A stretch of DNA of 64,000 nucleotides from an uncultured Verrucomicrobiae bacterium (GTDB lineage Bacteria > Verrucomicrobiota > Verrucomicrobiia > Limisphaerales > JAFGQR01): contig CAWBHS010000062.1 of assembly GCA_963788655.1 (NCBI GenBank), positions 64,001 through 128,000 of the forward strand, written 5' to 3'. The translations under genes and the position numbers were made by a program. This document shows positions 1 to 10,100 of the stretch, piece by piece; within the stretch, counting starts at the first letter, position 1, and every line of letters begins with the position of its first letter. Under the pieces are notes generated by a model that worked only from the letters and a program-made list of their open reading frames with translations, ran no database searches and was not told the origin of the DNA.

Positions 1-794
1 ATCGCCTCGGCAATCGATTTCAACTCGGTCTTGAGCGATTCGGCTACCTTGTGGGCTCGTCCGATAGGATGCAGCGTTTCCGTTACCGCTTCCAGGTCGC
101 TGGACAACCGGCGGCGCAAGCAAGCGTCGATTCGAGTCTGCACATAGAACGACTGCACGTCGGTAATCGTCGGTCCAGTCAGGGGACGGGTCAGCAACTC
201 ATCCGATCCGCGGTACACCTCGATTTCGTCCACGAACGCATAGGAACCACTCGGCACCACGACCAGTTTGACGAAGCGTCCGTGGGTGGCTAACTCACGA
301 GTCTGATACCGATACAAGGCGTAACCGGACGCTGGGGGCGCGGCGGTCTTTAGGCTCAGCGGGACCAGATCTCCCGCCAGATGCCACTGTTGGCTGTCGT
401 TGCTGACCAGGACAAAAATCGCCGTTGGCCAATTCACTCCAGCGACCCCGGCAGCCGTGTTGAACGACAAACCGCCGATGGGCTCGGCTTTACCCAAGTC
501 GAGGGTAATGAGGATGGGGGCCTGGCCCGACCAACCGACCGTGCCGGGCTGCGTCCAAAAGTAGCCGCTGACGTATTGGCCGTCGGTCAGTTGCGTGCGG
601 TCGCCTTGGTCGGTGCAGTAGCGATAGTTGGGGGCAGGCTTCAGTTGATACGGTTTTCCCAGTGCGAGGTTGACGGATGAGGCTTGTGCCAAAGCGATCC
701 CCAACCAACCACTCATGGCCGCCAGAAGAAGAGACATATTCAGTGCCGGCCGGTAAAGAGGGCCGAATCGAATTTTGAAGGTGTTTGGACACAT
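1..794 (-). CDS. Secreted protein with N-terminal discoidin/F5-8-like domain (partial, runs off left edge)
   Basis: Translated by hand; absent from the ORF track because there is no stop in the window. Reads MSLLLAAMSGWLGIALAQA (signal peptide), then VNLALGKPY..LTDG..ITLDLGKAEPI..RFVKL..FVDEIEVY. Start at 794 or 737. Confidence 0.7.
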   Translation of the reverse strand, partial: MCPNTFKIRFGPLYRPALNMSLLLAAMSGWLGIALAQASSVNLALGKPYQLKPAPNYRYCTDQGDRTQLTDGQYVSGYFWTQPGTVGWSGQAPILITLDLGKAEPIGGLSFNTAAGVAGVNWPTAIFVLVSNDSQQWHLAGDLVPLSLKTAAPPASGYALYRYQTRELATHGRFVKLVVVPSGSYAFVDEIEVYRGSDELLTRPLTGPTITDVQSFYVQTRIDACLRRRLSSDLEAVTETLHPIGRAHKVAESLKTELKSIAEA

Positions 795-1133
795 TGGTTT
801 CAGGGTCGTCATGGCTGGCGATTATCGACGGATTAGCCACCGCTTCAAGCGCCGTACAAGCTGAGCGGAGAGTTGGCCGACGAAGGGTATCGTTCCAATT
901 TGGGGCCATCAGCGACTGCTTACTGCCGCGCCGTCGCCGCCAAACTTCTGCAAAAGACGCTTGAGTCTCATCCATTAAACCGGTAGATGATGCGTTCTCC
1001 CGGTTCGGAGCAAGGCCGCAGGCGAACGGATGGGCTACCCATCCGGGCTGTTCAAGTGGGAATCAGCCGCTGGCTCCAACGGTTTTGCCGCTCGCCGGGG
1101 AGATTGGGTTAGCCTGATAAAATCAAGAATATC

Positions 1134-1472
1134 ATGAAGAGAATTGAAGCCATCATTCGGCCCCACAAGTTGGAGGCTGTGTTGCAAGCATTGAGCGATG
1201 CCGGCGCCACGGGCGTGACCGTGCTGGAAACCATGGGTTTTGGCCGGCAAATGGGACATTCGGACGTGTTTCAGGGCGATGAACGGCCGGTGGGCGTCGT
1301 GCCCAAAAAGATGCTGATCGTTTATGCCGCCGACGATAAGGCGGACGAGTTGGTGCGCTGCCTGGCCGACACCGCCCGTACGGGCCAGATCGGTGATGGC
1401 AAAATCAGCGTCTCCGAACTGACCGACATGTTCCGGATTCGTACGGGCGAGCAGGGCGAAATCGCACTATGA
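1134..1472 (+). CDS. glnB: P-II family nitrogen regulator
   Basis: MKRIEAIIRP, GFGRQ, TGQIGDGKI B-loop and RIRTGE C-loop; 112 aa. Confidence 0.92.
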   Translation: MKRIEAIIRPHKLEAVLQALSDAGATGVTVLETMGFGRQMGHSDVFQGDERPVGVVPKKMLIVYAADDKADELVRCLADTARTGQIGDGKISVSELTDMFRIRTGEQGEIAL

Positions 1473-1479
1473 CCTCGCG

Positions 1480-2481
1480 TCATTCCTTCAACCACTTTTT
1501 GTAGTCGGGATTCAACAGGGCATCGATGTCCGGCTGTTTCATGTTGTCGGGTGAGGCGACGGCCGAGCCGGTATCGATGCGTTTCTCGACCTTTTGGCCC
1601 CTCAGGTGTTCGACCATGGTCTTGACACCGAGGTAGCCCATGTTGATCGGATCTTGCAGCACGAGGCCATTGAGTTCGCCTTTTTTCATGGCGTCCACGA
1701 GCATGTCCGAACTGTCAAAGCCCACGAACTTCACCTTGCCGGCCCAACCCCCGTCCTGCAGCGCGCGCAACATGGCGAAGGTGGTGAATTCGTTGACGCA
1801 GAAAATGCCGTCCACACCGAGACCGCCTTCGGGTTTCTTGAGACTGGCCAAGAGGTTTTCGCTGTTTTGATAGGCGATCTCCGAGGTGCTGCCCGAGCGT
1901 TGATTGGAACTGACGACCTCAATGCCGGGAAATTCTTTGAGCCCGTCCAGAAAGCCTTTGGCCCGCGCTTCGGTACTGGCGGAGCCTTCCAGAAACCGCA
2001 ACATGGCCACCTTGCCTTTGCCACCCAGCAACTGGCCCAGGTGCCGCGCTCCTTTTTGGCCGCCCACGTAATTGTCGGTCGCCACGAAACTCACGTATTT
2101 GTCACTGTTCAACGCAGAATCGATAATGACCACCGGAATGCCCTGGCGGATCGCATCGGTGACGACTGGACGCAACGCCACGTCATCCAACGGCGCCAGC
2201 ACAATGCCGTCCACACCGCGGGTGATGAAGTCTTCCACGACCTTGATTTGCGATTCGCGGTCATCCTCCTTGATGGGGCCCTTCCAGATGACTTCCACGC
2301 CCAGTTCCTGCGCGGCTTTCTCACCCCCGGCATGGACCGATTTCCAATAGACCTGGTTGGCCCCTTTGGGAATGAGCGCGATGCTGAGTTTCTGGGGGCC
2401 CGAGGACGATTCTGGCTTGCTGCAAGAAGTAACGCCAACCGCCACCGCGAGACTGGCCACAATGTGAAGAAGCGTTTTCAT
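1480..2481 (-). CDS. Sugar ABC-type substrate-binding lipoprotein (RbsB-like)
   Basis: Lipobox VTSC; IALIPKG..YW, VATDNYVGG, GFD and LVLQDP motifs. Start moved to ATG 2481. Confidence 0.9.
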   Translation of the reverse strand: MKTLLHIVASLAVAVGVTSCSKPESSSGPQKLSIALIPKGANQVYWKSVHAGGEKAAQELGVEVIWKGPIKEDDRESQIKVVEDFITRGVDGIVLAPLDDVALRPVVTDAIRQGIPVVIIDSALNSDKYVSFVATDNYVGGQKGARHLGQLLGGKGKVAMLRFLEGSASTEARAKGFLDGLKEFPGIEVVSSNQRSGSTSEIAYQNSENLLASLKKPEGGLGVDGIFCVNEFTTFAMLRALQDGGWAGKVKFVGFDSSDMLVDAMKKGELNGLVLQDPINMGYLGVKTMVEHLRGQKVEKRIDTGSAVASPDNMKQPDIDALLNPDYKKWLKE

Positions 2482-2627
2482 GATTGGCGGTGAATCTAGG
2501 AAAGGCGCCGCGCGATTGTCACGGTTAAAGTTTTTTTGGCCCGGTTCGACCGGACGCTTTTCCAAATTCACGCTGGTGGCCTTGGAGCCGGCTTGAATAA
2601 TTATCCGAACGGGGGACGCGTTAGGCT

Positions 2628-2683
2628 CGGAGTCCCGCCTTCAGGCGGTGTGGGTGCCGCGCTGGCTACAGGCGGGACTCCAA
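2628..2683. repeat. REP-like inverted pair GGAGTCCCGCCT..AGGCGGGACTCC
   Basis: Inverted repeat between divergent genes. Confidence 0.6.
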
Positions 2684-2786
2684 ATGGGAATCTCCAAACA
2701 CTCTCCTCATAAAAAAACCACCCCCACCCGTGACGAACGCTTGACGGCGGCGCACGCTTTCGATACCGATAACACCCGAAAACCTT

Positions 2787-4940
2787 ATGATTTTCTCTGC
2801 CATGTTTGCCGCCGCGCCTGGCGCTGCCCCGCGCCTGCTCAGTTTGTCCCCGATGGACCTGGTGATCATTGTCCTGTATTTCGTGGTCGTCCTCGGCATC
2901 GGTTTTTACCTGAAGAAATACGCCAGCACCGGCGAGGACTTCTTCATGGCCGGGCGCAAAATGACCGCCTGGATCGCGGGGCTGAGTTTCATTTCGGCGA
3001 ATTTGAGTTCACTGGAAACCATGGGCTGGTCGGCCATGGCTTACCAATACGGCATGTTGGGCGCCCACGCGTACCTCATCGGCGCCATCCCCGCGATCCT
3101 GTTCCTCGCGGTGGTCATGATGCCGTTTTATTACATCTGCAAAACCCATTCGGTGCCCGGTTACCTGAAACTGCGTTACGGCGAAGGCGCACGGTCGGTG
3201 GCGGGAATTTCGTTCACGTTCCTGACGGTCATGGTCAGCGGCGCCAGCATGTTCGCCATGGCCAAGATTCTCAATCTGCTCCTGGGGTGGAACATGAATG
3301 TCAGCATCTGGGTGTCGTCAATCACTGTGGCCGTTTATGTAACACTCGGCGGTCTGCTGTCGGCGGTTTTCAATGAAGTCCTGCAATATTTCCTCATCTG
3401 GGCGGGGTCGCTGCTGATCCCGGTGCTCGGGCTCATTCAGGTCGGGGGATGGCACAAAATGATGGAGACCATCCAGCAGAACGTGAAGGTGATTCACCCG
3501 ACGGTGCAGAACGCCGACTTCACCAGCCTGTGGCGGAACCTCGGCTCCTTCGACACGAATCCGATGGGCATCGACTGGTTCGGCATGGTCTTCGGCTTGG
3601 GGCTGGCCGTGAGTTTCGGCTATTGGTGTACGGACTTCTTGCAAGTGCAACGGGTCATCGTCGCCAAAGATCTGCGGTCTGCTCAGAATGGCACGATCAT
3701 CGGCGCGGCGCTCAAGATGCTGGTGCCGCTCATCGTCACCATTCCCGGTTTGCTCGGGCTGGCGGTGTTGATGAACCCGGATGGTTCACCGATGGTGCTG
3801 GTGCCGGAGAGCGATCCGCGGGCGGGCATCACGCATCACACGTTCAACGATGTGCTGCCGTTGCTGATGGGGAAATATCTCGGACCCGGCTTGCTGGGCT
3901 TGGGCGTCACGGCCATGATTGCCGGCTTCATGTCGGGCATGGCGGGCAACATCAGCGCCTTCGCCACGGTGTGGACCCATGACGTTTACCGGCCGCTATT
4001 CAATAAACGCGCCAGCGACCGCCATTACCTGACGATGGGCCGCTGGTCGTCCATTGCGGGCGTGTTCATTTCCATTCTGACCGCCTATGCCTTGTTCTAT
4101 TTCTCGAATATCCTCGAGTATCTCCAGGTACTGATCTTCTTTTTCATTGTGCCGCTGTTTGGGACGGTGATTCTCGGGATGCTCTGGAAACGGGCCACGC
4201 CAGCGGCGGGCTTCTGGGGCTTTTTGACGGCGATCCTGGTGTCCATCGGCATGTGGGTTTATGTCCATTCTTTTCCCGACGGATACCATCCGCCGCCCAA
4301 GATTGCATTGGGCAAAGGCGCCGTAGTGAGCCTGGAAAAGGCCCCGGACGAAAGTGGCAAATATGGGAAGATCGTGGTCGAAAGCGGCACGGTGGACCTG
4401 ATCAATGTGCCCGTAACCAAAGAACCAGGTCAACCGCCGGTGATGGCCGGCGAGTTCACGGTGCAAGCTACGGTTGTTATTTTGCCACCGACAACTCAGG
4501 GAACGAGCGGTGACGTGCAGGTGCAGACGCTGGCGCCAGACGTGGTGATGGCAAGCACGAAGGAAATCGGCAAGTTCGGGGTGGAAGGTGTCCCGGTGGA
4601 ACTGAAACCCGGGGTGCAGGTTCGGGCCGAGAATGTCTCCGAGAAGTTTGCGCCGGCGGTGTTCAATAAGGAGCACACGAAATATATCGCGCGATCGGAA
4701 AAGGCGAAGCCCATGGCGGTGAACATGTATAGTGGATTCTGGTCGCTCATGGTCTGCGTGTTGATGACCGTGGTGGTGAGCCTGTTCACCAAACCCAAGC
4801 CCGACGCGGAGTTGAAGAACCTGGTGATGGGATTGACCCCGCTGCCGGATGAAGGGCCGTGTCCGTGGTATCGCAAACCGTTGTTCTGGGCGGCGGTAGT
4901 GACCGTCGTCCTGATCGCGGTGAACATTATTTTCTGGTGA
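2787..4940 (+). CDS. Sodium:solute symporter (SSS family) with extra soluble insertion
   Basis: DFFMAGR, YLKLRYG, YVTLGGL and VQRVIVAK motifs; many TM segments. Confidence 0.92.
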   Translation: MIFSAMFAAAPGAAPRLLSLSPMDLVIIVLYFVVVLGIGFYLKKYASTGEDFFMAGRKMTAWIAGLSFISANLSSLETMGWSAMAYQYGMLGAHAYLIGAIPAILFLAVVMMPFYYICKTHSVPGYLKLRYGEGARSVAGISFTFLTVMVSGASMFAMAKILNLLLGWNMNVSIWVSSITVAVYVTLGGLLSAVFNEVLQYFLIWAGSLLIPVLGLIQVGGWHKMMETIQQNVKVIHPTVQNADFTSLWRNLGSFDTNPMGIDWFGMVFGLGLAVSFGYWCTDFLQVQRVIVAKDLRSAQNGTIIGAALKMLVPLIVTIPGLLGLAVLMNPDGSPMVLVPESDPRAGITHHTFNDVLPLLMGKYLGPGLLGLGVTAMIAGFMSGMAGNISAFATVWTHDVYRPLFNKRASDRHYLTMGRWSSIAGVFISILTAYALFYFSNILEYLQVLIFFFIVPLFGTVILGMLWKRATPAAGFWGFLTAILVSIGMWVYVHSFPDGYHPPPKIALGKGAVVSLEKAPDESGKYGKIVVESGTVDLINVPVTKEPGQPPVMAGEFTVQATVVILPPTTQGTSGDVQVQTLAPDVVMASTKEIGKFGVEGVPVELKPGVQVRAENVSEKFAPAVFNKEHTKYIARSEKAKPMAVNMYSGFWSLMVCVLMTVVVSLFTKPKPDAELKNLVMGLTPLPDEGPCPWYRKPLFWAAVVTVVLIAVNIIFW

Positions 4941-4947
4941 GGCAGTT

Positions 4948-5211
4948 ATGGAACAGAACCAACCAAATCAACCAACAAAACAAATTCCCATCTGGTTTTT
5001 TATCGGCGTCGTGCTGACGGTTTACGGCTTTCTGATTTTCGTATCCGGCATTTACGGGGCGATCAATCCACCGCCGGAAGACGCGCGCGTGGCCTTGTGG
5101 AACTTGCACGCCGACATCTGGTGGGGGGCGTTCCTATTCGTGATTGGCCTGGTGTACTCCTTCAAGTTCCCACCGCGCCAAGGCGCCGGCGGCATCGATT
5201 CGCTTGAATAA
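4948..5211 (+). CDS. Small two-TM membrane protein associated with the SSS gene
   Basis: Two hydrophobic helices; starts 7 bp after the symporter. Confidence 0.75.
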   Translation: MEQNQPNQPTKQIPIWFFIGVVLTVYGFLIFVSGIYGAINPPPEDARVALWNLHADIWWGAFLFVIGLVYSFKFPPRQGAGGIDSLE

Positions 5212-5218
5212 CCGCCGA

Positions 5219-5553
5219 GTCAACCACCTCCGGCAAAGCTGGAGGCTTGAATTGATGAATGGCTCAAAGCCATGGCTGGGAGGCGGCGCTCGTCAGAATC
5301 CAAGTGCCGTGCTGCAACGAAGCGGATGTTCCCCCCTCACCCCAGCCCTCTCCCTTGGGGAGAGGGAGAATCGCCGGCCGCGCGGGAGCGCAAGCCGCCC
5401 GCTGGAACATCTCAACGCCCGGGCGCTGCTGTTCCCTCTCCTTGGGGAGAGGGTCAGGGTGAGGGGAACCAGTGGCTCCATACACCTCCCCTCGTCTCTT
5501 CTTGCAGAACTGTCAAACTTTGCGAGTCCTCCGGCAAAGCCGGAGGTTTCCCC
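5219..5553. mobile_element. Putative non-autonomous element with IS200/IS605-like end hairpins enclosing a REP doublet
   Basis: CCTCCGGCAAAGCYGGAGG hairpins at 5227-5245 and 5528-5546; CCCTCACCC..GGGAGAGGG repeats at 5331-5470; no transposase. Confidence 0.5.
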
Positions 5554-5560
5554 GCGAAAA

Positions 5561-5710
5561 ATGACCATTGACCATTGACCAAGAACCAAAGAATTCCCAA
5601 GAGCCAATGACCAAAGCCTGATTTCGGACGCCAAGAACGCCCAAGCGTTTGGCAATGGGCCTTCGGGCTTGGTTATTCTCTGGTCATTGGGACTTGGCCC
5701 TTGGTCATTC
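5561..5710. repeat. Heptamer (TGACCAA/TTGGTCA) inverted-repeat element
   Basis: Tandem 7-mers in two opposing arms between convergent genes. Confidence 0.75.
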
Positions 5711-6524
5711 TTTCTGGTCGCCTTGGGTGACACTGCCGTCGCCGTAGCCGAGATGCCCGTGAATGGGGCAACGAAAGACCACTTTCCGCATGACATCATC
5801 TTCCTTGGCGCTGGGCAGCAGGTAATCGTAGCTCACGTTGGCAGGAGAAAGGTCGCTCCAACTGGTTGCCTTGCTTTTGGCCGTGTCAGCGGGACAACAC
5901 AGGATCTGCGGTGATGCCAACTCATTGGCCATCGCCTGGAAGTCGGGCGGAAAGACTCCGTTGTGGTCATTGGAGTAGATGCGGGCCGCCAGGCCGATTT
6001 GCTTCATGTTGCTCACGCAATTGATAGATTGGGCCCTGCCCTCTGGCCTTGCCAATGGCCGGCAGCATCGCCGCAAGCATCACCACGGTAAACACCATGC
6101 TGCAATACCCCATGACGAATCCCGCTATGGCGAAGCCTCCACCACCAAACTCGGAGGGAGCCCGCCGAGCCCGGCCGTGAGCGATGTGACCGGTGATAAT
6201 CGCTGGGATGCCGGTGAAGATACTGCCGCAAACCAACGACACGATGCCCAGCACCATGCTGGTAATGGCCATACCGGTCTTGGGCGCACCCACAACGGAC
6301 GGGAAGGCATTGGAAACAGGTGGCGGTGGCAAGTTGGGTTGCGGGGCGGGACTGCCGAACAAGTCGGCGAATTCAGGCAGCCCTCCGAGCGGGTGCCATT
6401 CCAGGCCGGCTTCGGTTTTCACTCGCGTCTGGGCGTTGGCGCGCCCCTGGGCGATCCATTGTCGCACGACTTCGGCGCTTACGGGACCGTATTCCTTTTG
6501 GTCCACTCCCAGAATCTTATACAT
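5705..6524 (-). CDS. GYF_2 (DUF4339) + DUF4190 membrane protein with C-terminal prepilin-associated H-x-DG domain; frameshifted near 6040
   Basis: MYKILGVDQKEYGPVS..W; GMAITSMVLG..GHIA. An extra G in AGAGGGCAGG splits KARGRAQSINCVSNMKQIGLA..CPIHGHLGYGDGSV. Confidence 0.8.
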
Positions 6525-6748
6525 GGCGATGCTCCATTTTGGTCGTTGCTTTTATCGAGCCCATCCGACCACCGCGTCTGCCTTCCGGCAATGGAAAAAT
6601 GCGGCGAGATCAAAACAGGTTGGCCATGGTTCTTCTCGCCGTTTTTCGCGTGGCGTAATTGCGAACTGTGCGGAGCCCATTCGAACACACTTTCCGTTCC
6701 ACCAGGGGCCTACTCCGCCGAGTCGCCTGAACCGGGCCCAGCAAGCGG

Positions 6749-7036
6749 CTACTTTTTCAATCCGGCCTTGGCGTCCGCAAGCTTCTTCATGTATTTGGCC
6801 GGGTCTTTCTCAAAGAGAGCTTTCTCGCCGGCGTCGCAGACTTTGATCTGCTGACCTTGATACACAAAGGTGACCGGTTCGCCCATCTTTGATAGGTCCA
6901 TTTCACAGACCAGGCAGGTATCCAACGGATACGGTGTGGCATTGGCAACGTGGTCCTCCTTTGAACATCCGGCTAACGCCGCCATCAAAAGGAATCCTAC
7001 CCAGACGGTTGCGGAGATCGATTTCAATGTTTTCAT
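6749..7036 (-). CDS. YHS-like lipoprotein
   Basis: Lipobox LAGC; YPLDTCLVC..MG..YQGQQIKVC..FEKDPAKY. Confidence 0.7.
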   Translation of the reverse strand: MKTLKSISATVWVGFLLMAALAGCSKEDHVANATPYPLDTCLVCEMDLSKMGEPVTFVYQGQQIKVCDAGEKALFEKDPAKYMKKLADAKAGLKK

Positions 7037-7105
7037 AGCTCCTTTATGGCCTTTGCTGCGTTGCTGATCAAGAGTTGTGTAGTTCACAGTGATCCGCGAT
7101 TCGAA

Positions 7106-10100
7106 TTATTCGGCACTCGCCGCCGTCACCGCCAGCAAGGCCGGAATGCCGCGCGGTTGTTCGCCCGGCATCATGTCCAGACTGGTGATCGCCACGTCGG
7201 GCCGCGGGTTGTTCCATTGCTTGGCATAGGCGACGGCGGAATAGTCCGTGCCTTCGAATGGTTTGGTCCAGCCGAGTTGCGCGCCGGGGATAGCTTGCGG
7301 TTCTTTCTGCCGGTAATCGTCAATGTCCACCTCGGCATAAATCGGAATATTGGCGGTCTGGCCGTCGGCGTAATGGACCACGTACCGCAGCGTTTCGTAG
7401 CGATTGCCCTTGCGGCGGTCGTTGTTGTTCATCCGGTGCTCCAGTTTCATGGTGTGCAGGAAAAACAAGGCGTCGGCTTTGCGGTTGATGGGAATGCCTT
7501 TGATTTCCTGCGCGGGTTTCGAGGCTTTGTCCGACAGCATCAAAGCGGTCGGCACTGGGGAGGTGGGAAAATCAAAGATTTCGTAGGGCACGCCTGCGAA
7601 GGTTTGCCGGCCGGCGGGCAGGTCTTTGAAGGTGAACCGGCGGTCGCCGAACCAGCCTTTCTCGTCGCGGTATGCGTTGGCTGGTTGCGAAATGTCGATG
7701 GGCGAATAGCGCAGATTGGCGCCGGCAATGATGGTCTTGCCCGCAAACGGTGCTTTCAGATTGCGCAGGATGGTGGCCAGGATGGCGCGTTTTTTAGGAC
7801 CATTGGCCGGGACGGACTCGGTGTCTTTGAACGACACATTGCACAGCACCAGGCCGCCCGGTCCCCGCGGATATTCCATGAGCGCACCGACGTTGAGCAT
7901 CGGTTTGACGCGCTCGTAAAACTCCGGCGACCGGCGGACTTTCAAGTAGATGTTGTCCACGCCCACCACGTCATTCTTGTTCGGCACGCGCTGCCAATCG
8001 GCCAACTCGACGTGCAGCGTCTTGCCGCGGCGCGGCGGATCGATGGCGAAAGTTTGCGGCTCGGTGTTCGGTTTCGTGTTAAAAGTGACCTTGTCCTTCC
8101 CGTCAAAGCTCATTTCGACTTCCGTCACCAAATGATAGAAGCCGTTGCCGATCCAGGTGAATTCGATAAAGTCCTGTGCCTTGGGAAAAACCATGTCCCA
8201 CTGGGGCTTGTCCCCGTGGCCCAGTTCAAAGGAGTAAATGTATTTCCACCCGTCGGCGCTCACCATGCCGTTGACCATGTTGTGAAAATAGTCGCTGGGA
8301 AACTTGGCGAACGGCGCCACTTCGTCGTAGTCCACCACGTAACTGAACGTGTCGTCGGCCACGTACGTGCCGGCCTGCCAGGGAAAGATGCGTTCGCCGG
8401 AATAGAGCGCCACATCGCCGGTGGTCAGGCCGGCCGTCAGGCGATTCTTGACCGGCGGGAAAGTCACCCGTTCGCGGCGGAACGGACGGATGATATGGTC
8501 CCAGCCGACCAGTTTGTTGTAGTCCGCCAGACCCTCAGGGGTTAGGCCGTTGAAGACGATCCAGCCACCGTTCTGGGTGAATTGATTCACTTGATCGAGG
8601 TGCTGGGCGAGCGTTTGCAAGTGGTTCGGGCTGGCGGCGATGACGGCAATCTTCCCAGCGGTCAACGCGGCCAATGGCGTGATGGCCTTGGCAAATTTCA
8701 GTCCGCTGGCTTCGAGAGTGTGAGCGAGTTGCGGGGCGCCTTCCACGCAGGCAGCGACCGGCAGGAACTCCTGCCGGTAGGTTGCGGCGTAGTCGAGCAG
8801 GCCCACGAGGAGATGTTGGGCGACAGGATTGGCCGCGAGTTTTTCGCCGACCAGCAACTGGCTCAGCAGCAGCACGCCCTTGCCGCAGGGCACTTCCGCC
8901 AGGGCGCTGTGGCGTAATTGGTCGTCGCATTGCACCAGGGACTTGGCGCCGCGCGTGGGTTTCATGTAGGCGTCGCGGTACACGGTCGAATCAGGGCCCC
9001 AGGTAAAGAAATCTTTTTGCTGCAACCCGCGCAGGATCGGATGTTCGAGGTCTTCCGCAAACGCCACGCGGCCCTCGTTGCTGGCCGCTTCCATTTCGCA
9101 CGGCAGCGCCTGGTATTTCAAGGGATGCGCTTGTTCGAGGACAATTACCGCGCGGCCCGCCGATGCCCAGGCGGCCAAACGGCTCGAAGTGCTTTCGGTA
9201 GTTGTAAGCGCATCCTTGCCCAGCAGCAGCACCTTGGTGCTATTCGGCAGAGTGTCCAGGCTGTCGAGCTGGGTGAAGGGCTGGTGGATGCTCTTCAGGA
9301 ACGCAAGCGCCAAGCCCTGGGGATCATAGACGGCAAGTGTAGCCGCGTCTCGTGAGAGCGCGGCTGAATTTTGATTCGAGGCGTCAGCCGCATTTTCGAC
9401 GGTGGCTGTTACAATGGACGGAGGCGCAAGCACCGACACGGCTTTGCCATCGCGATACACTTGCTGGCCGTTGACCGATAGCGATAGAACCAGTTCGCCT
9501 TCCGTGCGAGCTTTGACGTTGGGCATGGGCAGCTTGAGTTCGAACTTTTGATTGGTGCCGGGAGCAAGGTGGTATTCCTTGGTATCGCCCGCGAATTCTT
9601 TACCGGCGAAATTCAGCGCCCAAGTAAACGAGATGGGATCAGCCGAATGCGTGTCGTTGAAAATGCCCAACGTGCGCGGGATGCTTTGGCCCGAATCAAA
9701 CGTCCAATCCCATTGCCGGCAAAACACGGCGCGCGGCGCGAAGGAGGCATAATGACTGCCGTCGGTGTCGCTCTGGCCCATCCAAAAATGAAACGCGCCG
9801 AACCCGGCCCAGCGATAGCCTTCGGTCAGGATGCGCGCCATGAGCCCGGCGGCAGGCAGGGAGCCGGCCTTGCCGGTGAACACGCTTTCGCCGCCGAGAT
9901 AGGCCAGTTCCGGATGATGGCCGGCAATGTAGTAATCTTCACCAATGAAACGTGGTCGTTGCTCGTCCCATTGCCAGCGGCCGCGGCCGCCGCCGGTGGG
10001 ATTGGCTTCATAGGCCAGTTCGGGATAGCGGGTGATGTCATGGTCCCAGACATAATGATCGCCTTGCACCGGCATGGCGTTGGACTTGGTGGCACCGCCA

